NCBI GenBank assembly: GCA_041743505.1
Contig: JBGTMQ010000008.1
Span: 5,183 to 69,182 of the forward strand
DNA from: Candidatus Saccharimonadia bacterium
Lineage (GTDB): Bacteria; Patescibacteriota; Saccharimonadia; UBA4664
DNA length: 64,000 nt
Direction: 5' to 3'
A program made the position numbers and the translations under genes. The notes under the pieces were generated by a model. That model had not been told where the DNA came from. It saw nothing but the letters and a program-made list of their open reading frames with translations, and did no database searches. Shown one piece after another: positions 38,202-47,772 of this stretch. Each line of letters begins with the position of its first letter. Positions within the stretch are counted from its first letter, which is position 1.

Positions 38202-39374
38202 ATGGACGAATTACTCACCCGCGGCGTTGAACAGATCGTTGGCCAGGATGAGCTGGAAGCAGCTCTAAAAGGCAAACGCAAATTACGCATTAAATTTGGC
38301 GTAGACCCGACCCGGCCGGATATTCATATCGGCCACGCTGTGGTGTTACGCAAGTTACGGCAAGTCCAAGATCTCGGACACACCATTATCTTCTTAATCG
38401 GCGACTACACCACCAAGATTGGCGATCCTTCCGGCAAGAGCAAAACGCGTCCAATGCTCAGTGACAAAGAAATCGAAGCGAATGTCAAAACCTACCTCGA
38501 TCAAGCGGGACTTATCCTGGATCTAAAGAAAACCGAAATTCGCTACAACGGGGAATGGCTGGGCAAACTCAGCTTCGGCGACCTCATCAGCCTGGCATCC
38601 AATGTCAGTGTGGCGCAGACCATCGAACGCGATGATTTCAAAGCCCGTCTTGCCAGCGGGCAGGAGTTGGCCTTGCACGAACTACTCTATCCCCTCATGC
38701 AAGCCTACGACTCGGTGGCACTGGAAGCCGATGTGGAGTTTGGCGGCAACGACCAGCTCTTCAATTTAATGGCCGGCCGCGCCTTGCAGAAGAAGCTCGG
38801 CCAAAAACCGCAAGTTGTCTTTATCATGGAGCTCCTAGTTGGTACGGACGGCGCCAAGAAAATGAGTAAGAGCCTTGATAACTATGTGGGCATTACCGAC
38901 CACCCGCTCGATATGTATGGTAAACTCATGAGCCTGCCGGATAACCTCATCGCGCCCTACTACAAGCTTTGCACCGACATTCCGCTTGGCACCATCGAGC
39001 AACTGGTTAAGATGCTAGCCGAAGGCGCCAACCCGCGCGACTCCAAGGCCAGTCTAGCTCGTGAAATCGTGCGTCTCTACCATGGCGAAGCCAAGGCGCT
39101 CAAGGCCGAGGAAGCCTGGAATAACCAGTTTCGCGATGGCGGCCGCCCGGAACACATCGAGGCGCACACCGTCAGCGATAAGCACCTGCCCCTAGTCGAA
39201 CTACTTGTCGAAAGTGGCTTAGCAAGTAGCAAAAACGAAGCCCGCCGCCTCATTGAGCAAGGCGGTGTCCGCCTGGACGATACAGTACAGACGCTCGAAG
39301 CTGAGCCGGTGTTTGCTAATCATCAGATTCTGCAAGTCGGCAAACGCCGTTACGTCAAACTACGGGTCAAGTAA
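38202..39374 (+). CDS. tyrS: Tyrosine--tRNA ligase
   Basis: 'HIGH', 'KMSKS', 'YPLMQAYD', S4 domain. Confidence 0.97.
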   Translation: MDELLTRGVEQIVGQDELEAALKGKRKLRIKFGVDPTRPDIHIGHAVVLRKLRQVQDLGHTIIFLIGDYTTKIGDPSGKSKTRPMLSDKEIEANVKTYLDQAGLILDLKKTEIRYNGEWLGKLSFGDLISLASNVSVAQTIERDDFKARLASGQELALHELLYPLMQAYDSVALEADVEFGGNDQLFNLMAGRALQKKLGQKPQVVFIMELLVGTDGAKKMSKSLDNYVGITDHPLDMYGKLMSLPDNLIAPYYKLCTDIPLGTIEQLVKMLAEGANPRDSKASLAREIVRLYHGEAKALKAEEAWNNQFRDGGRPEHIEAHTVSDKHLPLVELLVESGLASSKNEARRLIEQGGVRLDDTVQTLEAEPVFANHQILQVGKRRYVKLRVK

Positions 39375-41422
39375 TGCACGACCCGTTGCAGCGTCCGGTG
39401 GGCTCCATCAAAGGAGTCGGCCAGGACATGGAACAAAAACTGGCCCGGCTGGGAATCTACACCGTCGGAGACCTGGTAAAGCATTATCCGCGCCGGTACG
39501 AAGATTTCTCAAAGATTCTACCGATTCGCATGATGCGGCCGGGCAACGTTACGTTTCGAGGCGTCATTGAACGTGTGGCCGGACGGTATGCCCGGGCGCG
39601 CAAATTGCATATTACCGAAGCCATTATCGCCGACGATACCGGCACGGTGAAGGCGGTTTGGTTTAATCAATCATTTTTGGCCAAGTCGTTGCCAATTGGT
39701 ACGCCGGTCTTGGTTAGCGGCGAACTCAAATTCAAGAATAGCGATCTGGCGTTGCAATCTCCGGCCATCGAGCTGATCGAAGAAGGGCGCGATACCAAAG
39801 ATACCGCCCGGATCGTACCGGTTTACCCCGAGACTGAAGGGCTGTCCAGTAAGCAATTGCGTGGTTTAATCCAGCCGCTACTGCCACTGGTGGCGACATT
39901 GGGCGAAACATTGCCGGAAGCTGTGATTTCCGGCGCCAAGCTAATGCCCTATACCAAGGCGCTCACGCAAATCCACTTTCCCAACACTCAAGCCAGCCTG
40001 ACCAAGGCCCGCTACCGGCTAGCGTTTGAGGAGCTATGGTTCTTGATGCTGGCCAGTCTGGTAATTAAGCATGAAATCAAGACTGAGTCGGCCCAAGCCA
40101 TCAAGTTTAAAGTCGAGACAGCCAAAGCCTTCGTCGACGCACTCGACTTCGACCTAACCCCCAGTCAAAAGAAGGCCGCCTGGGAAATCCTCCAGGACAT
40201 GGCTGGCGAGGCGCCTATGAACCGGCTGCTCGAGGGTGATGTCGGATCGGGCAAGACCGTGGTGGCCAGCATGGCGGCCGTCATGGCTATGGCCAATGGG
40301 CTCCAGGTCTCACTGATGGTGCCCACAGAAATCCTGGCCCGGCAGCATGCAGCCAAACTTCAGCCTCTATTCAAAAAACTCGGGTATGAAGTTGTGGTGC
40401 TGCTGGGCAAACAAGCCTCAGCCGAGCGCAAAGCCACCCTGGACCGCTTAGTCACCGACGAACCTGTACTCGTAATCGGGACCCAGGCGATCTTAGGCGA
40501 GAAGGTGAGTTTTGGTAAACTCGGTCTGGTCGTTATTGATGAGCAGCACCGGTTCGGCGTCGAGCAGCGTCAAGCCATCAAGCTCAAGAGTGGCCATTTA
40601 CCGCATCTTTTATCCATGACCGCTACGCCCATACCGCGCACCCTTCAGCTAACCGTATACGGTGATCTCGATATATCCGTTATTGAAGGGTTACCGCCCG
40701 GGCGCCAACCAATTACCACTCTGGCAGTCGAAGCCAAAAAGCGCGACGAGGCCTACACCCTAACGAGGGAGCAGCTGGAGGCCGGCCGCCAGGCCTTCGT
40801 GGTCTGCCCCTTAATAGAAGATTCAGACGTCCTGGGCTTCAAAAGCGCCACCACCGAAGCCGCGGCGTTGGCCAAGGGGCCATTCAAAGGCTATCGGATC
40901 GGACTGCTGCATGGCCGGCTCACCACTGCCGAGAAGCAAGTTGTGATGGACCAGTTTGTAGCGGGTCAATTGGACATCATCGTGGCGACTAGCGTCATCG
41001 AAGTTGGCATCGACGTACCCAATGCCACGGTCATGCTCGTCGATGGGGCCGAGCGGTTTGGGTTGGCTGCATTGCACCAATTGCGCGGCCGCATTGGCCG
41101 TGGTGAGCACAAGTCATATTGTTTTTTGGTGGCCGAATCCAAGGCCACCGGCACCGTCGAGCGGATCCGCGCCCTCGAAAAATCCCAAGACGGGTTCCGG
41201 CTGGCTCAAATCGACCTCGAAATTCGCGGTCCCGGTCAAATTTACGGCCGCCGCCAACACGGTACCCTCGATCTACAGCTGGCCGACATCTCTGACGCAA
41301 AGCTTCTAGCTGCAGTGCGCAACTCCGCCCTTAAGTTTCTATCCGACCCTGCCGCCATGATAAAATATGACAAAGTGGCCGCTCGGGTGAATGCCCTCAA
41401 GGCCGTCACGTCATTAGATTAG
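39374..41422 (+). CDS. recG: ATP-dependent DNA helicase RecG
   Basis: 'GDVGSGKT', 'DEQHRFG', 'TATPIPRTL', 'LHQLRGRIGR', TRG motif. Confidence 0.97.
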   Translation: MHDPLQRPVGSIKGVGQDMEQKLARLGIYTVGDLVKHYPRRYEDFSKILPIRMMRPGNVTFRGVIERVAGRYARARKLHITEAIIADDTGTVKAVWFNQSFLAKSLPIGTPVLVSGELKFKNSDLALQSPAIELIEEGRDTKDTARIVPVYPETEGLSSKQLRGLIQPLLPLVATLGETLPEAVISGAKLMPYTKALTQIHFPNTQASLTKARYRLAFEELWFLMLASLVIKHEIKTESAQAIKFKVETAKAFVDALDFDLTPSQKKAAWEILQDMAGEAPMNRLLEGDVGSGKTVVASMAAVMAMANGLQVSLMVPTEILARQHAAKLQPLFKKLGYEVVVLLGKQASAERKATLDRLVTDEPVLVIGTQAILGEKVSFGKLGLVVIDEQHRFGVEQRQAIKLKSGHLPHLLSMTATPIPRTLQLTVYGDLDISVIEGLPPGRQPITTLAVEAKKRDEAYTLTREQLEAGRQAFVVCPLIEDSDVLGFKSATTEAAALAKGPFKGYRIGLLHGRLTTAEKQVVMDQFVAGQLDIIVATSVIEVGIDVPNATVMLVDGAERFGLAALHQLRGRIGRGEHKSYCFLVAESKATGTVERIRALEKSQDGFRLAQIDLEIRGPGQIYGRRQHGTLDLQLADISDAKLLAAVRNSALKFLSDPAAMIKYDKVAARVNALKAVTSLD

Positions 41423-41433
41423 AGGCGCATAAG

Positions 41434-42312
41434 GTGTACGCAGGATTTATAACCAGCAAACGGGTGGTGGCCAGAGTTGGCATCCATCAACGGCTTGATG
41501 CGGCGGCATATCGAATGATTCAGCAGTATTTGCCACCGAACACCTTCCCGCCGCTTAAAGACATCTGGCATTTTGAAGGTTTTAACGGGCCCGACGGCCT
41601 TAATAGCAAAATTGGCCTTCGTGTCAAAGGCAGTAGCCCCAAGCTCGTCGACGACCACAATCCAAGCCACCTCTACGATCCCATTACCGACACCGGCGAG
41701 GTGCCGTCTCATATCGCCAATCACTATGCCGCTCTAGTGGAAAAACTCAAAGACGGCGACAAAATCCGAGCCGCTTTTGAAGCCTCTTGGATGGCTCACT
41801 ATATTGCTGACGGCCTTACCCCGGCTCATCACTTCCCGCTAGAAGCGAAGGTGGCCGAAGCTGCTGCCCTAGTGCCTGAGGCCCTGCGGGAAGGAGATAC
41901 CAGCAAGTTCTCAGCTGTTCTTAAGAAAAACTGGCGCATTTGGGGGGCAAAAGGCCACATGTCGACACACTTCAATTTTGAAATGGGCGTCGCTTTTGCC
42001 TTGCTGATATTTCCGCTCCGACCGGTGTTTAGTGATCCCGAGCTGGTACGGGCTCGGGAGCTTGGGCCGGTCGACTACTTTAAAGCCCAGGCCCTGGAAA
42101 TCGCCAACCTCGACTTGTACAACCAATTCTATAAACAGGGCTGGACTACCGAAATCGCTGGAGTAGTCAAAAGCCGGCTTGCCCCGCAGACTGCGCGCAC
42201 CATCGGTCTCATTTGGCTCTTGGCCTTGCTCGACGCCGGTCAGGAGTTAGCCGTTCAAGCCCACCAGGAACTGGCGGCCACCGCAGACCGAAAGACGGTC
42301 GAAGCACCGTGA
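41434..42312 (+). CDS. Zn-dependent phospholipase C / S1-P1 nuclease-like protein
   Basis: 'HQRLD', 'GPD', 'HYIADGLTPAH', 'HFNFE' Zn-ligand pattern. Confidence 0.6.
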   Translation: MYAGFITSKRVVARVGIHQRLDAAAYRMIQQYLPPNTFPPLKDIWHFEGFNGPDGLNSKIGLRVKGSSPKLVDDHNPSHLYDPITDTGEVPSHIANHYAALVEKLKDGDKIRAAFEASWMAHYIADGLTPAHHFPLEAKVAEAAALVPEALREGDTSKFSAVLKKNWRIWGAKGHMSTHFNFEMGVAFALLIFPLRPVFSDPELVRARELGPVDYFKAQALEIANLDLYNQFYKQGWTTEIAGVVKSRLAPQTARTIGLIWLLALLDAGQELAVQAHQELAATADRKTVEAP

Positions 42313-42854
42313 AGATTCTAGCCGGCAACCTCCGCGGCCGCCCGTTTGAGCAACCAAAAACCCGCACCGTCCGGCCTCTGTCCGACAAAGTCCGGGCAGC
42401 CATCTTTGACATCGTCGGCCAGCCGAAAGATTTTACAATCCTCGATGCCTATGCCGGATCGGGGGCGGCCGGGTTTGAGGCCGCCTCGCGCGGCGCTTTG
42501 CTGGTTGAGGCCATCGAGGCCAATAGCCGGGTCGCCCGCCTGATCGCCGGTAACGCTCGCATACTCGGCCTTGGTCTAAACTACATTTTGCATCAAATGA
42601 CCGTTGAAACCTGGCTGGCCTCGCCGCACCAGCAAGCCAACCAGGCGCGCTACCATCTCATAATCGCCGACCCACCATACCAGCAGCTCGAAGCTGGCAC
42701 TCTCAGTCGTCTAGCCGCGTTCCTACGTCCTGGTGGCATACTTGCGGTATCGTACAGTAGCAAGCTGGCCCCGCCAGTGCTAGAATCAGCAAAACTGGTC
42801 CGCCAAAAGAACTATGGCGATACTGCCCTCAGCTTTTACGGGCCGGTTTTGTAA
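42309..42854 (+). CDS. rsmD: RsmD-family rRNA m2G methyltransferase
   Basis: 'DAYAGSG..GFEAASRGA', 'DPPY', 'YGDT'. Confidence 0.9.
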   Translation: MKILAGNLRGRPFEQPKTRTVRPLSDKVRAAIFDIVGQPKDFTILDAYAGSGAAGFEAASRGALLVEAIEANSRVARLIAGNARILGLGLNYILHQMTVETWLASPHQQANQARYHLIIADPPYQQLEAGTLSRLAAFLRPGGILAVSYSSKLAPPVLESAKLVRQKNYGDTALSFYGPVL

Positions 42855-42892
42855 CTTACCACCGAGCATCAAAGTACCCTTTGGAGGGTTTG

Positions 42893-43567
42893 ATGACGTA
42901 TCAGTTCAACCCGTATGCCATTGTTGATGAATCAGCCTATGTAGCCTCAACAGCCGTCCTGGGCGAGGTATCCCCTCGGTTGCAAGGCAGCCATCAACTG
43001 GTAGACTTTGTGACCCCCTGCCGCATCGATGCCAACGTCTGGATCGGCGACTATTGTGTGGTGGGCCGTGGCGTACATATTGGCAAGGATACTGTTCTGG
43101 AACCTATGGCGGCTGTCATGGAAGGAACCCAACTCGGCTCACGAACGGTACTTGCCTGTAAGGCCCATGTTGGCCCGCTGGTTCGCATAGGAGACGAGTG
43201 CATCATCGGTGGGTCTGGGCATGGTAGCCATGCCACTATTTGCAGCGGCTCGGTAATCGAGTCTGGCTGCAAAGTCTTTGGTAGTCTGCTGCACCGGGTC
43301 TTGGATCCAAGTCTGTTTGGTGGAATTGATGCAGGTGATGCCGGTTTAGCGCCTGTGCTGGAGCAATACGCCTTCATCGGTCATGGTGCAACAGTAATAG
43401 GCGGCGTCAATGTTGGAGCCGGAGCCTACGTCGTTGCTGGCGCCATCGTGACCAAGGATGTACCACCCGGCCTGATCGTCAAAAACTCCAACGAACACAT
43501 CCGGCCCGAAGACTGGACCGGCGAACTCGGTGAACATATGCTGGCTAACATGATCCGTCCAACCTGA
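42893..43567 (+). CDS. Hexapeptide-repeat (left-handed beta-helix) acyltransferase
   Basis: Hexapeptide repeats; 'GAIVTKDVP'. Confidence 0.8.
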   Translation: MTYQFNPYAIVDESAYVASTAVLGEVSPRLQGSHQLVDFVTPCRIDANVWIGDYCVVGRGVHIGKDTVLEPMAAVMEGTQLGSRTVLACKAHVGPLVRIGDECIIGGSGHGSHATICSGSVIESGCKVFGSLLHRVLDPSLFGGIDAGDAGLAPVLEQYAFIGHGATVIGGVNVGAGAYVVAGAIVTKDVPPGLIVKNSNEHIRPEDWTGELGEHMLANMIRPT

Positions 43568-43615
43568 CGTCGTTCACCGGCAATTCGTATAGCAGTGCTC
43601 CTGGAGGTGGTTACC

Positions 43616-44416
43616 TTGACATTAAAAGCAGCTGCCAAACTCCGCACATTGGAGTTATACCTGGATAATCAGAGCGTCACAGTCACGGCCGAAAAGTTGG
43701 GCGTATCAACCCATGCGGTAATTGACAGGCTCAGATCAATCGGTATAACCCTGCGCCCGGTCGGCCGAACGCGCGTTCTAGTTCAGCATCAAAATGACCC
43801 GGCTATGCTGGCAGCAACGATAAAAGGGCTACGCCAACAAGCCGCCAAGGACAGAGCGCAGAAGCCGAAGACCACGAAGCCTGCCAAGCCGAACCTAACA
43901 GCGCAAGAACGGCTGCGCACCTTTGAGCTGTACCTGAAGCATCGTGACACCATGAAGGTCGCCGCCATTCTCGGAGTAGACCGGTCCGTCGTGTCTATGA
44001 GGCTCACTAGACTTGGCTTGAAAACGCCAGGAAACCTCAAGGATGTTAGCCTTGAGCAACTAAATGGCATAGCTAAGATCGCCGGGATCCATCAGCAGCT
44101 GCGTCAAGCGGCAAAAGGCCAAACTACCTGGTACCAGGGCCCCGACTCCCGGCGCTGCACACCGGCTATGATGCTACACACGCTCGAGCTCTTCCTGGTA
44201 CTGCAAGACAGCACCAAAGTCGCTGAGGCTCTGAACATCGGACGGTCCGCCGCTTCGAGAAGAATCCGCCTCCTCGGGTTTAAGCCGCGCCCACCCGGAG
44301 GACGGCAAATGCACCGCCCGGCATTCGAAGAGGTTAACGGCCTAGACAAGATCGAGCAGGTCAAACGCAGGCTCAAGAAGGCTGTTCAAAGCGAGCAGAT
44401 CCGTCAAGCCTCTTAA
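43616..44416 (+). CDS. Protein of three tandem HTH repeats (paralogue A)
   Basis: Three repeats 'L.TLEL.L....VA..LG.....V..RL..LG'; GGAGGTGG RBS before TTG. Confidence 0.75.
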   Translation: MTLKAAAKLRTLELYLDNQSVTVTAEKLGVSTHAVIDRLRSIGITLRPVGRTRVLVQHQNDPAMLAATIKGLRQQAAKDRAQKPKTTKPAKPNLTAQERLRTFELYLKHRDTMKVAAILGVDRSVVSMRLTRLGLKTPGNLKDVSLEQLNGIAKIAGIHQQLRQAAKGQTTWYQGPDSRRCTPAMMLHTLELFLVLQDSTKVAEALNIGRSAASRRIRLLGFKPRPPGGRQMHRPAFEEVNGLDKIEQVKRRLKKAVQSEQIRQAS

Positions 44417-44539
44417 CAGCCGGCCCGACTTTCATCAACGAGAGTCGGGCTAAATATTTCCCAACTGCATATTGCGAGCAAACGAATTTCATTGTATAAA
44501 AGAAAAACGGTGCCATTCTACCTATCGGAGGTGATAGCA

Positions 44540-45325
44540 TTGCCAGCAACAGCAGATAAACTGCGCACCCTGGAGCTGTATCTGCAACATCAGAATGCTT
44601 CTATCGTAGCGGAAAAACAAAACATATGCATTACTACGGTATTTAAGAGGCTGAGAAGAGTTGGCGTTACTCCTCGTCCACAAGGCGCGAGTAAGGTTCG
44701 CGTCGAAGATCTCAATGACCCGGACATGCTTACTGCTACGCTCAAGGGCCTACGCGAACAGGCTGCTCGGGACAAAGAGCAGCCTAAAAAGAGGCCTATT
44801 CCGGCGAGTAAATATGTCTCGGCCGCAGATAAACTACGGTTGGTCGAGTTGATGCTGCAACATAACAACACCTCTGCTGTAGCAAAAATTCTTGGAGTAG
44901 CTCAGACAGTGGTTCTGATGAGGCTCAACCGGCTCGGCCTAAAGTCGAAGGGTAGTGATAGACGAATAACCTTTGAGCAACTGAATGGGGTAGATAAGAT
45001 CGCCGAGGTTCAAGAGCAATTGCGCCAAGCAGCCAAAAGAGAAATTTTATGGTGTCAGGAAGCAGACCATCGAAGATATTCAGCGGAAACATTGCTTGAG
45101 ACGCTTGAATTCTACGAAGACTTGCAAACCCGCGCCAGTACCGCCCAAGCTCTTGGGGTAAACGAGGACACAGTGTCCAGGAGGTTACGGACGCTAGGTT
45201 TAAAGTTAACGTCCGTAACCGGGATAGGACGGCGCGCCACTTTCATAGAGGTCAATGGCCCAGATAAGATTGACAGTGTGAAACGTCAGCTCGAACAACT
45301 AATCATCGACGCCAAGACTTGTTAG
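44540..45325 (+). CDS. Protein of three tandem HTH repeats (paralogue B)
   Basis: Collinear with paralogue A; GGAGGTGA RBS before TTG; terminator at 45337-45372. Confidence 0.75.
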   Translation: MPATADKLRTLELYLQHQNASIVAEKQNICITTVFKRLRRVGVTPRPQGASKVRVEDLNDPDMLTATLKGLREQAARDKEQPKKRPIPASKYVSAADKLRLVELMLQHNNTSAVAKILGVAQTVVLMRLNRLGLKSKGSDRRITFEQLNGVDKIAEVQEQLRQAAKREILWCQEADHRRYSAETLLETLEFYEDLQTRASTAQALGVNEDTVSRRLRTLGLKLTSVTGIGRRATFIEVNGPDKIDSVKRQLEQLIIDAKTC

Positions 45326-45409
45326 TGCATGCAGCCAAAGCTCGGCCCTATCTCAACGGGGCCGAGCTTTTTAAATTCCTGCTCAGCTGCTACAATCAGC
45401 CCAGCTCAT

Positions 45410-45495
45410 GCGGATGTGGTGGAATGGTAGACACGCTAGCCTTAGGAGCTAGTGCTGGCAACGGCGTGAAGGTTCAAGTCCTTTCATCCGCACCA
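45410..45495 (+). tRNA. tRNA-Leu (anticodon TAG)
   Basis: Acceptor stem GCGGATG/CATCCGC + ACCA; anticodon arm CTAGC-CTTAGGA-GCTAG; long variable arm; GTTCAAGTC T-loop. Confidence 0.96.
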
Positions 45496-45570
45496 AGTAA
45501 TAATTCGAACAAAAAATAAGACCCGCAGAACTCATGTTCTGCGGGCTGACACTAACATAATCTGCTCACC

Positions 45571-45888
45571 TCAGCGGCGACGTCGCAAAAGAGCGTCAGT
45601 GAATTCGCCGGGATCGCGCGTCGGTGCTGGCGATGAAGTGCCACGCGGTTGTGATGACGAAGTGCCTCCAGAGCGGACTGGGATATCCGCGGTGCTCTGA
45701 CCATAGCCAGGGCTCTGCCCAACCCAATGCGTTTCCGGGTTTTCCTTGCCATAGCCCTCATCACGTACCCCATCATGCCACCGCTGGCCATCAACATGGT
45801 CCGGCGGCGCTCCCTGCTCGCTTCTACCGTCGTGTGCTGGAGTGAACGATAAATTCGTCCCCTCGTTATCCTTCGAGTATCGACTCAC
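45571..45888 (-). CDS. Hypothetical hydrophilic protein
   Basis: 105-aa ORF followed by hairpin 45522-45545 and a T-run on the minus strand. Confidence 0.45.
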   Translation of the reverse strand: MSRYSKDNEGTNLSFTPAHDGRSEQGAPPDHVDGQRWHDGVRDEGYGKENPETHWVGQSPGYGQSTADIPVRSGGTSSSQPRGTSSPAPTRDPGEFTDALLRRRR

Positions 45889-45975
45889 GATTGAGAGCCC
45901 CTCTCGGTATATGGCTATCAGACGGTCCGACAGCCAGCGCTTAGGCGAAGCAAACCTATCCTATGATAATATCAA

Positions 45976-46278
45976 GTGAAAATCAAGGAAACACACATGA
46001 TCATACCGAATCAACATCGCAACACCATGATTGAACACGCTCGTGATCTTGGTTTAGTCGCGGAGTTCGATGCATTTAATAATGAAATCGAGAAGTTAAG
46101 TAGGGAGCAGCTTTGGCAGATACTGCAACTTGTTGGGATTAGTTTTGGTACTAGAACGGATATCGAGCACCACGATTTAGTATATGTAATGCGTGAAACA
46201 AGTTGGGAAGATTTCTTTACAGCCTATCGCAAAGTACTTGGTCATTCTTTCCCTTTAGACAGCCTTACTCAGCCTTAA
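45976..46278 (+). CDS. Hypothetical protein, homologous to the C-terminus of the convergent neighbour
   Basis: 'W..FF.AY.K..GHSF.LD' motif shared with 46275-46934. Confidence 0.7.
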   Translation: MKIKETHMIIPNQHRNTMIEHARDLGLVAEFDAFNNEIEKLSREQLWQILQLVGISFGTRTDIEHHDLVYVMRETSWEDFFTAYRKVLGHSFPLDSLTQP

Positions 46279-46934
46279 ACACCATCGAGTATGAATGAGT
46301 GCCCGGTCAGCTTTTTGTAGGCAGCAAAAAACCTTCGCCAAGTGACCTCCCCCCCGCCAGTTTCCAGGAAGTCTCGATTAGAGGCTGAGGCCGGTTGAGT
46401 ATCATATACACCAATATCCACGACAAGAGCCTCTAGCTCGTCCCTGTTAAGCATAGCTATCGCTCGCTCAAATAGCTCTAGTTCTGGCCCTTCGTTGTGC
46501 TCGATAATGTCATTTAGATCGATTTCAAGGCTAGTGGATTCAATAAGCGAACTCTGAGTTGATTCTACTCTTTCGGCTCCATTTGGTATGCTTTCAGGTA
46601 GCGCGTCGATCAATTCACCGAGGTTCTCCCATATAGCAGCTCTATGGTTGCCCATTAGAGGGGAAGCCAAGCTGTGTGCTTCAGAGAATACTTTTTTATA
46701 TGGATCGTCACTCGGAATTTCATTAAAAGGCGGTAAATCCTGAATCGAAAGAATCTCTTGCGCTATCTTTGCTTCTGCTAATCGTAGCGCTCGCAAATCA
46801 GGCTGATCTAACTCTTGTTCCAGTCGCTGATAAGCATCAATTTGCTGCTTAAAATACTGCTTTAACAAGCTCTCGTTACCAGAGGTATCTTTGGCCCTGT
46901 AAAGGCGCTCAACAAGCACGCTTCTGCCACTCAT
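46275..46934 (-). CDS. Hypothetical two-domain acidic protein
   Basis: 219-aa ORF; C-terminal domain is paralogous to 45976-46278. Confidence 0.7.
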   Translation of the reverse strand: MSGRSVLVERLYRAKDTSGNESLLKQYFKQQIDAYQRLEQELDQPDLRALRLAEAKIAQEILSIQDLPPFNEIPSDDPYKKVFSEAHSLASPLMGNHRAAIWENLGELIDALPESIPNGAERVESTQSSLIESTSLEIDLNDIIEHNEGPELELFERAIAMLNRDELEALVVDIGVYDTQPASASNRDFLETGGGEVTWRRFFAAYKKLTGHSFILDGV

Positions 46935-47060
46935 GATCTTTTATCAAGAACTATAACGAAATAAGTGATAATAAGTTGGTTCATTCGTCACTATACTAAG
47001 ACCTAAGGCGACCAAGTTGCAAGCAATCCAGCTATTTCAGGCCATCAGCCTGCCCTTGTA

Positions 47061-47089
47061 TTGACAAAACAGACAATATAGACTATAAT
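47061..47089 (+). promoter_or_regulatory. Consensus sigma70 promoter
   Basis: TTGACA-17-TATAAT, exact consensus. Confidence 0.85.
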
Positions 47090-47112
47090 AGATAGAGCAA
47101 TACACACTCACA

Positions 47113-47207
47113 ATGCGTCACTCCCAGGAACCAGCCTCAGTTGCCATCCCTGGGATTGAATTATTCTAGCGGCCTGCATCATGTTGTTATTTTTGTTTGC
47201 AGCTTAA
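47113..47207 (+). pseudogene. Possible frameshifted small membrane peptide
   Basis: MRHSQEPASVAIPGI then, in a shifted frame, IILAACIMLLFLFAA*. Confidence 0.35.
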
Positions 47208-47232
47208 AACATAAGCACGTTATAATTTCTCA

Positions 47233-47727
47233 ATGGAAGACAATGCATTTATGGAGCTCGCCCTGGCCCAGGCTGCGATCTCAAAGCGCAATGGCGATAT
47301 CCCGTTTGGCGCCATAATTGTTCGGGGTGGCAAAGTCATCGCCGCATGCGCCAATAGCGAACAGCTCGATCAAGACGTCACGCAGCATGCCGAAGTCAAG
47401 GCCGTTAGCCTGGCCAGCCGGGCTTTGGGCACTCGCAACCTGAACGATTGCGCCATTTACAGCACCGTTGAGCCATGCCCTATGTGTGCCGGCGCCATTT
47501 TTTATTCCGCGGTCAAACGCATAGTCTATGGCATGTCGCGGGATGATCTGCCACATTTATTTCGTAGCCGTAAATTTCGCTTTTTACAATTGGCACAAGA
47601 TTGGAATTACGGGCCGGAAATCATCGGTGGCGTACTCAGGGACGAGTCAATCAAAATCTTCCTGGACTACAAACAGCCTTTTCGCCTTCCCCTGGAAACC
47701 GATAAAATCACTGACTCCGGTTCATAG
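47233..47727 (+). CDS. Nucleoside/nucleobase deaminase (TadA/guanine deaminase-like)
   Basis: 'PFGAII', 'HAE', 'EPCPMC'. Confidence 0.9.
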   Translation: MEDNAFMELALAQAAISKRNGDIPFGAIIVRGGKVIAACANSEQLDQDVTQHAEVKAVSLASRALGTRNLNDCAIYSTVEPCPMCAGAIFYSAVKRIVYGMSRDDLPHLFRSRKFRFLQLAQDWNYGPEIIGGVLRDESIKIFLDYKQPFRLPLETDKITDSGS

Positions 47728-47743
47728 TCCAGACAATCCCATA

Positions 47744-47772
47744 TTGACATCTATTGTCAAATACAATATAAT
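47744..47772 (+). promoter_or_regulatory. Consensus sigma70 promoter with an inverted repeat over the -35 box
   Basis: TTGACA-17-TATAAT; TTGACA-tctat-TGTCAA palindrome. Confidence 0.75.

Noticed and set aside
43616-46934. Prophage or integrative element at tRNA-Leu
   Set aside because: No integrase, phage structural genes or duplicated tRNA 3' end (att site) were seen; the HTH proteins lack transposase catalytic domains.
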